Shown here piece after piece: positions 1 to 6,473 of a DNA stretch of 11,110 bases. The notes below the pieces were generated by a model that was given only the letters and a program-made list of their open reading frames with translations, was not told where the DNA came from and did not search any database. A program made the translations under genes and the position numbers. This stretch comes from Myxococcota bacterium (GTDB lineage: Bacteria > Myxococcota > JADLHZ01). The stretch lies in contig JBIKMD010000045.1 of assembly GCA_044359465.1 (NCBI GenBank), forward strand, positions 1-11,110, written 5' to 3'. Position 1 is the stretch's first letter. Each line of letters starts with the position of its first letter.

Positions 1-64
1 ATTTCGCCCGTATCGCCGGGTAAAAACGGCTAAAACAGCGTGCAATGTCCTGCTCGTCAGCCAT

Positions 65-670
65 CTACTGAAGGCTGCACTTGTCGTTTGTACCGGTAAA
101 TAGTGTGCCCGCGCAGAGCTCCTGATAGTTGGAGCAGGAATCTTTTTCTTCGATCGTTGTTGGCGTTTCGCCGGCGCGCCCACAAGCGTTGTCGCCACCG
201 AGGTCGCAGTTGAAGCGGAGACGTGTTTCTATCGGGTCTTGTAGCGTCGCGAAGGTCGTTGACTGCAGAAACTCGCTGTCGAAGAAAACATCTGGGCTGG
301 GCGTGTCAACGTCGCGAAAGTCCGCGGCGCCTCTGGTCTCTCCGATGACCACGAGCTCCCCGGCTGGTGACGTCACGTAGTACTGCAGTGTGAGCTCGAC
401 GCGTGCTTTTTCTGTCACAGGACATTCGCCGCGCACAATGACAGTGCCGTTCTCTTGGAAGACGCTCATTAGGGGGCACGGTGTGTCGGAATTGGCAAAC
501 AGCACGCGTGCTTGAATCTGCTGCAGTCCTACGCACCCGGACGGTGGCTTCAGATCACCGCTGATTCTTGCCGTCAGCGAGTCGCTAATCTGTGTTTCAT
601 AGCGGGTGCCGCAATGGCAAAACGACAAAAGAAGAATGAAGTATTTCATTTGACCCATAGACGCCCTCAC
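65..670 (-). CDS. Secreted cysteine-rich hypothetical protein. It has an N-terminal signal peptide (MKYFILLLSFCHCG) and about 10 Cys. The track start at 670 is GTG; alternative ATG starts lie at 658 and 649 (MKYF...).
   Basis: 201-aa ORF from the track. It has a hydrophobic N-terminal h-region after Lys/Arg and an Asp/Thr/Gly-rich mature part with spaced cysteines. The stop is TAG at 65-67 on the minus strand. There is no lipobox consensus (LSFC has Phe at -1), so I call it type I secreted rather than lipoprotein. Confidence 0.55.
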   Translation of the reverse strand: MRASMGQMKYFILLLSFCHCGTRYETQISDSLTARISGDLKPPSGCVGLQQIQARVLFANSDTPCPLMSVFQENGTVIVRGECPVTEKARVELTLQYYVTSPAGELVVIGETRGAADFRDVDTPSPDVFFDSEFLQSTTFATLQDPIETRLRFNCDLGGDNACGRAGETPTTIEEKDSCSNYQELCAGTLFTGTNDKCSLQ

Positions 671-765
671 CGGGGGAAAGCGGACCGAATTATGGCTGCC
701 CCTGCAACATTAATTGAACCACCCAGCGCAGCGCGTTAGCAATCGCTCGGCGTGAATGTTCAGCC

Positions 766-780
766 GCGCGTTAAACGCGC
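766..780. promoter_or_regulatory. Perfect 15-bp palindrome GCGCGTTAAACGCGC, immediately followed by AGGAGG (781-786). It lies in the divergent intergenic region between the 65..670 gene and the SPFH gene.
   Basis: Read directly: 766 g pairs with 780 c, and so on through 772 t pairing with 774 a. The AT-rich core TTAAA is flanked by GC clamps. It is either an operator-like dyad or a small hairpin. Confidence 0.3.
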
Positions 781-867
781 AGGAGGCGGTCAGGACTACG
801 AGAATCGTCAATCCGTTTTTCCGCTGACCCTTGGCGCCACCACTTGGGCATTGGGGTCTTCACCGGC

Positions 868-896
868 CCCAGGGTTCGAATCCCTCCTTGAAAGAG
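868..896 (+). other. tRNA-like T-arm element (CAGGG-TTCGAAT-CCCTC) without a recognisable complete cloverleaf. It may be a tRNA 3' remnant.
   Basis: The canonical T-loop motif GGTTCGAATCC is at 873-883 with a 4-bp stem (AGGG/CCCT). The sequence that would be the acceptor 3' strand (CTTGAAA, 887-893) has no complementary 5' strand in the upstream 100 nt. There is no CCA. Confidence 0.2.
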
Positions 897-1112
897 GACA
901 TGGTTAACGGACGGCTTCTCGTGTTGTTGTAGGTGCGTGGACTAGGGCGAAAGCCCAGACATGAAGCGACTTTGCGCGGACGCAGATACCGCGCCTGCGC
1001 TGCAAAGCTGCTGGGGGGCGCTTTGCTCGCCGGCGCTCAAGCGTCCGCCCGTCGCGGAGTGTCGGTACACGCAGCGCTTCAGCGCGAGAAGTCGTCCAAT
1101 CAGGAGATCGCA

Positions 1113-2258
1113 ATGAAAGTCATCGCCGGGCTGCTCGCAACCAAAGTGACTGTCGCTTCCACCGAGCGCGTGTTTCACTTCGTCAATGAAGCTTTTGCTG
1201 ATCTCCTAGAGCCGGGTGTTCACACGTTTTGGGGCGCGGCCAGCCGGCACACCTTCACCGCGGTTTCGCTGGCGGAGCCGTTTCTCGTCGCACCAGACCG
1301 CGAATTGCTCGCCAAAGATCCTCGGCTCGAAGGGAAGCTCGAGCTGCATCAGATCAATGAGACGGAGCGTGGTCTTGTATCCAAAGGCGGCCGTCTCTTC
1401 GACATTTTGAAGCCGGGCGTGCAGGTGCATGTGAAGTCACCCATTCGCTTCGACATTGAAATCGTCGACATCGCCAAGAACTTCGAGATCCCACCCGCAC
1501 TCCGCGCGCGTTTGCAGGCCATCGGAAACTACGCGCAGCATGTGCGGACTTTCGAGGTGCCAAGCGGCAGCGCCGGGTTGCTCTACGTTGACAAAGTCCT
1601 GCAAGAGCGGGTTTTGCCGCCTGGCGTGTATGCCTATTGGATCGGCCCCGTAGACGTGCGCGTGGATGCGATCGATCTACGAGAACAAACCTACGAGGTC
1701 GCCGGTCAGGAGCTGATGACACATGACAAGGTGTCGATTCGCTTGAACCTCTCCGTCCGCTATCAAGTGACGGATCCAAAGCGCCTCGCGTCATCACAAG
1801 CAAACTACATGAGCGCTTTGCACAGGGATTTGCAGCTCGCGCTGCGCCAAGAGATCGCAGCGCTCACGCTGGAACAGCTGCTCGAAAAGAAGGACGCACT
1901 CGGCTCCGGCATCGTGTCGCTGGTGGCGCCGCAGACCGAAGCCTACGGTGTCAAACTACAAGCGACCGGCGTTCGTGACATCATCCTACCTGGAGAGATG
2001 CGCACCATTTTCAACCAAGTGATCGAGGCCGAAAAGCGGGCGCAGGCCAATCTCATCGCCCGTCGCGAAGAAACTGCGGCAACTCGCAACCTGCTCAACA
2101 CCGCTAAGCTGCTCGAGAATAATCCTATGCTGCTGCGTCTCAAAGAGCTCGAGATGACCGAACGCATCGCGGAAAAAATCGAGCATGTGTCAGTGTATGG
2201 CGGTGTAGACGCTGTGCTCGGTTTGTTGAAGCCAAGTGAAAAGAAGCCTAGTCCTTAG
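1113..2258 (+). CDS. SPFH / band-7 (stomatin-prohibitin-flotillin-HflK/C) domain protein. It has a ~190-aa N-terminal extension of unknown function and no obvious transmembrane helix.
   Basis: An ATG at 1113 is preceded by an AGGAG Shine-Dalgarno at 1102-1106. The track ORF 933..2258 starts at a GTG, which would add an Arg-rich 60-aa leader that I regard as unlikely. The C-terminal half (approx. residues 190-375 of the 381-aa product) has the hallmark SPFH pattern: YEVAGQELMTHDKVSIRLNLSVRYQVTDPKRL ... IILPGEMRTIFNQVIEAEKRAQANLIARREETAATRNLLNTAKLL. This is typical of HflC/stomatin/flotillin SPFH cores. Confidence 0.8.
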   Translation: MKVIAGLLATKVTVASTERVFHFVNEAFADLLEPGVHTFWGAASRHTFTAVSLAEPFLVAPDRELLAKDPRLEGKLELHQINETERGLVSKGGRLFDILKPGVQVHVKSPIRFDIEIVDIAKNFEIPPALRARLQAIGNYAQHVRTFEVPSGSAGLLYVDKVLQERVLPPGVYAYWIGPVDVRVDAIDLREQTYEVAGQELMTHDKVSIRLNLSVRYQVTDPKRLASSQANYMSALHRDLQLALRQEIAALTLEQLLEKKDALGSGIVSLVAPQTEAYGVKLQATGVRDIILPGEMRTIFNQVIEAEKRAQANLIARREETAATRNLLNTAKLLENNPMLLRLKELEMTERIAEKIEHVSVYGGVDAVLGLLKPSEKKPSP

Positions 2259-2302
2259 TTAAATTCACATGCTGATTTCGCGCGCTGCGCTTATCCTTTT
2301 GC

Positions 2303-5300
2303 ATGGCGGAACCCGTAGTCGAAGGCACAGCCGAGCGCCCGAAAGTCGCAAAGTCGGCCAGACCAGACGAACGTCGCAAGCAATGGCGCTTCTCCGATAC
2401 CTCTCGCGTCGAGTACATGGCGCAAGGGCGGCGCTCTGTTTCCTTCCTCGGTAACCTGTCGCTCGGCGGGTGTTTTCTTCGCAGCGCAGACACCCTGACA
2501 GTGGGTGCTGCGGCTGACTTCAATTTATACCTGGAGGACGGGCAACCACCGATTGTGGTCCGCGGTGAAGTGATTGACTGCCGCCGCGGCGGCGCGCACG
2601 TGCAGTTCTCGGCGGACCAAGAAGTGCCGTTGCTCAAGCTGCGTGACTTCCTCTCACGGGTCGTCGTGCCGAAGCTCGAAAGTAACGTCACCAGCACCCG
2701 TGGTGATCCCGTGCGTGTGCTGGAGCTTTCCGCTTGTTATCAAACACTCGACAGACATGAAGATGCACTCGCGCTGCACCGTCACTGGGCAGAAATGCGG
2801 GTGCGCGACCTACGATCGTGGGAGCAGCTCGCGAGCATGCTTCTGCGCCGCGCCGAAGCTGCAGACGTGGAAAACGCATGGAGCTGGCTCGAAGAGATTG
2901 AGAGCGTCCTCGTCAAGGCGCGTCGCCACGGTCTCAGCGAAGTCCTAGACGTCGTAGACAAGGCTGCCCAGAGTTTGCGCGGCCGTAGCGAGCGCCGTCG
3001 TCAAGAAACGCAGCAAAAGCAAGAAGCCCTCTTACTCGACATGCGCGTGCAGGCAGAAGTCGAGGCCAAGTTCCAAGCGCTCGAAGCCGAGCGACTAGCC
3101 AAATTCGAACGAGAAGCGGAGTCACTACGTGCGGAGCGAGAGCGTTTTGAAACGGACAGAGCGGCATTCATGGAGATGCGTGCGGGCTTCCAGAGCGAAA
3201 TGGACGAGCAGCGCGCGAAGGCCGAGGTTCTGGAGGCACGCGCTCGTGAGATTAGCCAGCTGGCTGAGGCAGCTGCTGCCAACGAGAACGCCGCGCGCGC
3301 TGCCCGCGAGCAAGCCGAAGATGTTCGTCGTTCGTTAGAACAACGCGAAGCGATGGTCGCTGCCTCAGAGCTGGCATTGCAGCAGCGCCAAGAGGCCGTG
3401 GCGGCGCTCGAGCCCTCGCTTGCTGCAAGAGCGCAGTCTTGTGAGACGCGCGAGCGCGAGCTCTCATTGCGCGATGAGGCGGTAAAGGAGCAAGCCGAAG
3501 CCCTACGTTCTCAGACGGAAGCATTGCGGTCGCAAAACGAAGCGTTAGAAGAGACACGCCGCGCGCTTCACACCAGCGAATTGGCGCTGGCTGAGGAACG
3601 GCGCGCACTCGAACACGCGCGTCATGAGCACCAGCAAGCCGTCGCTCGCGCGATGCAAGAGCGCGAATCGCTCGAAGGCGACGTTCGCGCGTTCGGCGAA
3701 CGGCAGACGGCCGAGCGTTTGGCGCTGCACTCAGCAAACGAACAGCTCACACAGACGCGCGAGCTGCTTGCGTCAGACCGTGAGCGCTTTGAAGACGAAC
3801 GTCGTGAGGCACGCGAAGCTCAGGAGAAGGCACGCACCGAGCTGCAGGCGCAACGCGCGGCGCTCGCTGATGAGCGCGCCGTGCTGGAGGTGCAAAAACG
3901 CGATCAAACAGAGGCTCAAGAAGCGCTCGCGATGCGAGACGCCACGCTGGAAGAGCGCGCCAAAGCGCTTGGCCAGGGTGAAGTGGCATTGAGCGCGCGC
4001 GATGAAGCACTCGGTCAGCGCGAACGGGGCGTGAGCGACAGTGAGCGTGCGTTGACCGATGCTCAACACGCGTTGAGCGAACGCGAACGAGGGCTGAGCG
4101 AACGCGAACGGGTGTTGAGCGAACGCGAACGAGTACTGAGCGAACGCGAACGGGTGTCGAGCGAACGCGAGGCCGCGGTAGCCCTGGCCGATGAAACCCT
4201 GGAGGCGAAGAGCAAGGCCCTCGAAAGCGATCGTGGCGCCATGGATGAGCTAGCGCGTGAAGTGGAAGCCAAGGAGAAGAAGCTCACTCACGACCGCAGT
4301 GTGCTCATGCGCGAGCGGGAAAAGCTCGTGCGTGACCAAAATGCGTTCCGAGCGCGTGAGCGAGACGTGAGCGAGCGCGAAACGAAGTTGCTCGTCGGAG
4401 AGGAATCGCTCGGCAAAGCACGTGATGCGTTGGAACGTGCCACAGATGCTTGGCGGCGTGATCGTGGCGCCCTCGACGAGGAACGCAGCACACACCTCTC
4501 TGCGCTTTGGACGCTAGCCATGGAGCGACAGCGTTTCTTGCTCGAGCACGATGACGCGTTGACGCGCCTTGGCGTGGATCGCGCATCGCTCGAGGCGACG
4601 CAGCGCGAGCAGGAGCGTCGCTCTGCAGCCTTGGCGGAAGATCGCGCGTCGCTTGCCAAGCGTGAAGAACACTTGGCGGCGCACCGGGCCGAAGTGGAAT
4701 CTTTGGCGGCGCGTGCCGAAGAAAAACATCTGCAGTCGACTGCGCTCGATGCAACGCTCGAAGAACGGCGTGAGCGCCATGAGTCGATCGAGCTCGAGCT
4801 TCGAGACAGAAGGGCACAGCTCGACAAACGCGACGCCGAGCTCACTGCGCTCGATGTTCGTGTGCGCGAGCTAGAAGCCGAGACTAAGGCGTTGAATGAG
4901 CGTTTGGCGCGACGAGAGGCGGAGCTCGGGACGCGTGATGCGCAGCTCGTCAGCAAAGATAACGAGCTTGCGCATCGGGACGATGCGCTCATGGCGAAGG
5001 ATCGTCAGCTCGCCGAGCGTGAAGACCAATTGCGAGCGGACGAGGCCAAACTAGCTGTGGCCCTGGCCGTTGCAGCGGCTGAAGCAGCGAGGGTTCAAGC
5101 GGAGGCGTCTGCGGCAGAAGCAGCCAAGCTGCGTGCAGAGGCCGAAGCGGCCGCCGCCGAGCTAGATGTGGACATCAACACGGAAGAACCGATGGTGGCA
5201 GCGTCGGTCGAGGTGGCAGCGTCGGTCGAGGCTAGTGTCGAAACCCCGTCGCCTTTGGTGGAGCTCGAAGCAGAGCTGGTGGCGGCGCCACCTGCAGCCG

Positions 5301-5416
5301 AACTAGAGGTCGATCTCTCCGACGCAAGCGATGATGATCATGATGATGTGCAAATTGATGACACGACGCTCACACCTGCAGCGCCGAACGACGAGATTCA
5401 AATCGACACCGAATAG
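2303..5416 (+). CDS. Giant (1037 aa) PilZ-domain protein. It has an N-terminal c-di-GMP-binding PilZ domain, an ~850-aa E/A/R-rich heptad coiled-coil stalk, and an acidic D/E-rich C-terminal tail.
   Basis: The PilZ signature motifs are present at the N-terminus: RxxxR (R-RKQW-R, residues ~25-30) and, ~20 residues later, (D/N)xSxxG (NLSLGG). These are followed by a beta-rich segment (IVVRGEVIDCRRGGAHVQF). The remainder is low-complexity coiled coil (ERERVLSERERVLSERERV, AEAEAAAAEL). The tail is DDDHDDVQIDD...IQIDTE. The gene lies 44 bp after the SPFH gene on the same strand. The next in-frame upstream stop is at 2273-2275, so the ATG at 2303 is the first canonical start. Confidence 0.8.
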   Translation: MAEPVVEGTAERPKVAKSARPDERRKQWRFSDTSRVEYMAQGRRSVSFLGNLSLGGCFLRSADTLTVGAAADFNLYLEDGQPPIVVRGEVIDCRRGGAHVQFSADQEVPLLKLRDFLSRVVVPKLESNVTSTRGDPVRVLELSACYQTLDRHEDALALHRHWAEMRVRDLRSWEQLASMLLRRAEAADVENAWSWLEEIESVLVKARRHGLSEVLDVVDKAAQSLRGRSERRRQETQQKQEALLLDMRVQAEVEAKFQALEAERLAKFEREAESLRAERERFETDRAAFMEMRAGFQSEMDEQRAKAEVLEARAREISQLAEAAAANENAARAAREQAEDVRRSLEQREAMVAASELALQQRQEAVAALEPSLAARAQSCETRERELSLRDEAVKEQAEALRSQTEALRSQNEALEETRRALHTSELALAEERRALEHARHEHQQAVARAMQERESLEGDVRAFGERQTAERLALHSANEQLTQTRELLASDRERFEDERREAREAQEKARTELQAQRAALADERAVLEVQKRDQTEAQEALAMRDATLEERAKALGQGEVALSARDEALGQRERGVSDSERALTDAQHALSERERGLSERERVLSERERVLSERERVSSEREAAVALADETLEAKSKALESDRGAMDELAREVEAKEKKLTHDRSVLMREREKLVRDQNAFRARERDVSERETKLLVGEESLGKARDALERATDAWRRDRGALDEERSTHLSALWTLAMERQRFLLEHDDALTRLGVDRASLEATQREQERRSAALAEDRASLAKREEHLAAHRAEVESLAARAEEKHLQSTALDATLEERRERHESIELELRDRRAQLDKRDAELTALDVRVRELEAETKALNERLARREAELGTRDAQLVSKDNELAHRDDALMAKDRQLAEREDQLRADEAKLAVALAVAAAEAARVQAEASAAEAAKLRAEAEAAAAELDVDINTEEPMVAASVEVAASVEASVETPSPLVELEAELVAAPPAAELEVDLSDASDDDHDDVQIDDTTLTPAAPNDEIQIDTE
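4075..4170 (+). repeat. 21-bp near-perfect tandem repeat (GAGCGAACGCGAACG + 6 variable nt), about 4.5 copies. It encodes the heptads SERERGL/SERERVL/SERERVL/SERERVS inside the coiled-coil gene.
   Basis: The 15-mer GAGCGAACGCGAACG recurs at 4075, 4096, 4117 and 4138, with a partial copy at 4159. The period is 21 nt, which is 7 aa, an in-frame heptad. Confidence 0.85.
5198..5231 (+). repeat. 18-bp tandem duplication (GCAGCGTCGGTCGAGG x2) encoding AASVEV/AASVEA near the C-terminus of the PilZ coiled-coil protein.
   Basis: Direct reading: gcagcgtcggtcgagg is at 5198-5213 and again at 5216-5231. Confidence 0.7.
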
Positions 5417-5470
5417 GCCAGCGCAGCGATTCTCACTGTTGATCGACTAGGGCCACGGCCACTCTGCTGC

Positions 5471-5496
5471 GAACTCGACACTCCGAGTGTGAGTTC
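5471..5496. terminator. Near-perfect 26-bp inverted repeat (GAACTC-g-ACACTC-c-GAGTGT-GAGTTC) in the convergent intergenic region. It is followed ~20 nt later by AATTTTT. Candidate terminator or protein-binding dyad.
   Basis: gaactc (5471-76) pairs with gagttc (5491-96), and acactc (5478-83) pairs with gagtgt (5485-90). There is a single bulged g at 5477. Confidence 0.35.
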
Positions 5497-5545
5497 ACAA
5501 CTTGAAGAAGAACCGAATTTTTCATGAAAGCGGGAGCCACAGTAG

Positions 5546-5570
5546 GCCGCCGGCACAATGGTCCGGCGCC
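5546..5570. terminator. GC-rich hairpin (GCCGCCGG ... CCGGCGCC, about 6-7 bp stem with a 9-nt loop) between the convergent PilZ-coiled-coil gene and the XRE regulator gene. Candidate bidirectional terminator.
   Basis: Stem pairs 5548-5553 with 5563-5568. There is no clear U-tract, which is common in high-GC genomes. Confidence 0.3.
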
Positions 5571-5595
5571 AGCTGAGCAGGAGGGCACGCTGAGC

Positions 5596-6033
5596 TTAGT
5601 TGGACGATTGCTTGAGCATGGCATCGACCCACTCTTGGACTTTATTCACCAAGAGATCGTGATGCCCTGCAGGCAACCTGCGCGCTTGCGCCAGTAGCTT
5701 TTGCTCTACCGGCGTTTGTGTGTCCGGGTAGTGCACAATTGACTCGCGCAGGAAATCTGGCGCGCTCTCGGCGAAGGCCAAGCGCAACACGTATTCCACT
5801 TCGCTCAGTTCGAAGGTCTTGCAGATGCGTCTCACGACATCCGCTGAAGGCTTGGACAGTCCAAGCTCCCATTGACCCACGTACCCGGCAGAGACGCTTA
5901 GCGCCCTGGCCATTTCACGCTGCGACATCTTGCGATCTTTACGCACGGCGCGAATTACATCGGAAAAGCGTTCGTACTGTTTGACGTCCACAAAGCTCCT
6001 CCCCATCTCGAAGTTCGCAGTGGGGTATAACAC
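5596..6033 (-). CDS. XRE-family (Cro/C1-type) helix-turn-helix transcriptional regulator, 145 aa, with a ~70-aa C-terminal domain of unknown function.
   Basis: HTH_XRE signature: MSQREMARALSVSAGYVGQWELGLSKPSADVVRRICKTFELS. The track start at 6033 is GTG. An internal ATG at 6006-6008 (MGRSFVDV...) is an equally plausible start. Confidence 0.8.
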   Translation of the reverse strand: MLYPTANFEMGRSFVDVKQYERFSDVIRAVRKDRKMSQREMARALSVSAGYVGQWELGLSKPSADVVRRICKTFELSEVEYVLRLAFAESAPDFLRESIVHYPDTQTPVEQKLLAQARRLPAGHHDLLVNKVQEWVDAMLKQSSN

Positions 6034-6473
6034 ACGCGATCTCGTTCCACCGCTCGATGTTTAGGCTCAAGCTAACGAAAACCGCTGGGACCACGCTTAC
6101 ATGCTTGATAGGCACAAGCAAGCCCCCCGCGATTCGATATGTGAGATTTAGCGATTGCGAGGAAGCTGTACACTTATTCATGAACTTTCTAGGCCATTTG
6201 TCTCTTGTCTTGGGGCGTCATTTGTCCTTGATTGACGGGTTGCGTTGCGCGCGGCCTGGATACTCGCAGAATTGATGGATGACATGGGCCTACATGCAGC
6301 AAATCTGGGCTCGGGGAGGGCGGCTTTGGCGCAAAACACTAGTGGAACGCTTGGTTTCGTCTGGCGCAGTCATCAGAATTCCGATCACGTTCGCTGGGAC
6401 GCCGAGTCGACGATGCGTGGGGCATCGCCCTTCATGCCGGCTGGCCCACGGGCGCGAGTGAAACGTTTACTCA

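Noticed and set aside
129-739. Plus-strand ORFs 129..380 and 512..739, and minus-strand ORF 306..536, overlapping the 65..670 secreted-protein gene.
   Set aside because: They are out-of-frame or antisense read-throughs rich in Arg, Ser and Pro with no signal or domain features. The minus-strand 201-aa product has a signal peptide and a Cys-spaced mature domain.
800-900. A complete tRNA gene around the GGTTCGAATCC T-loop.
   Set aside because: I could not build acceptor, D or anticodon stems from the flanking sequence on either strand. Only the T-arm is present. It is therefore reported as a low-confidence element and remnant hypothesis, not as a tRNA feature.
933-1112. GTG-initiated 60-aa N-terminal extension of the SPFH ORF, as given in the track (933..2258). 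The overlapping antisense ORFs 904..1113 and 942..1178 are included.
   Set aside because: The extension is Arg-rich and low-complexity (MRGLGRKPRHEATLRGRRYRACAAKLL...). An ATG with a strong AGGAG Shine-Dalgarno sits at 1113. The extension would also swallow most of the divergent promoter region.
1206-2697. Minus-strand ORFs 1206..1430, 1354..1803, 1943..2167, 1986..2186 and 2248..2697, and plus-strand ORFs 1216..1410, 1456..1653 and 2269..2454, inside or flanking the SPFH gene.
   Set aside because: These are Arg-rich antisense or off-frame artefacts of GC-rich coding DNA. The SPFH frame carries the conserved-domain signal.
4075-4170. Possibility that the regularly spaced 15-bp repeats are a CRISPR array.
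   Set aside because: The period is 21 bp with 6-bp 'spacers'. This is far too short for CRISPR. The repeats lie in-frame inside a long coding sequence and translate to coiled-coil heptads.
2934-4992. Numerous minus-strand ORFs antisense to the coiled-coil gene (for example 3252..3737, 4288..4992, 4305..4817, 3773..4069, 4063..4287). Plus-strand out-of-frame ORFs 2574..2948 and 3624..3992 also fall in this region.
   Set aside because: They are Ser/Arg/Ala-rich low-complexity translations, exactly as expected from reading GAG/GCG/CGC-rich heptad-coding DNA on the opposite strand or in a shifted frame. They have no start context or domain features. The sense ORF has a recognisable PilZ domain and coherent heptad periodicity.
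5433-6275. Small ORFs in intergenic regions (5433..5624 -, 5642..5872 -, 5718..5984 +, 5939..6181 -, 6057..6275 +).
   Set aside because: They are short, overlap the XRE gene or its flanks in other frames, and have no ribosome-binding site or domain features. The XRE frame is the only one with a recognisable fold signature.
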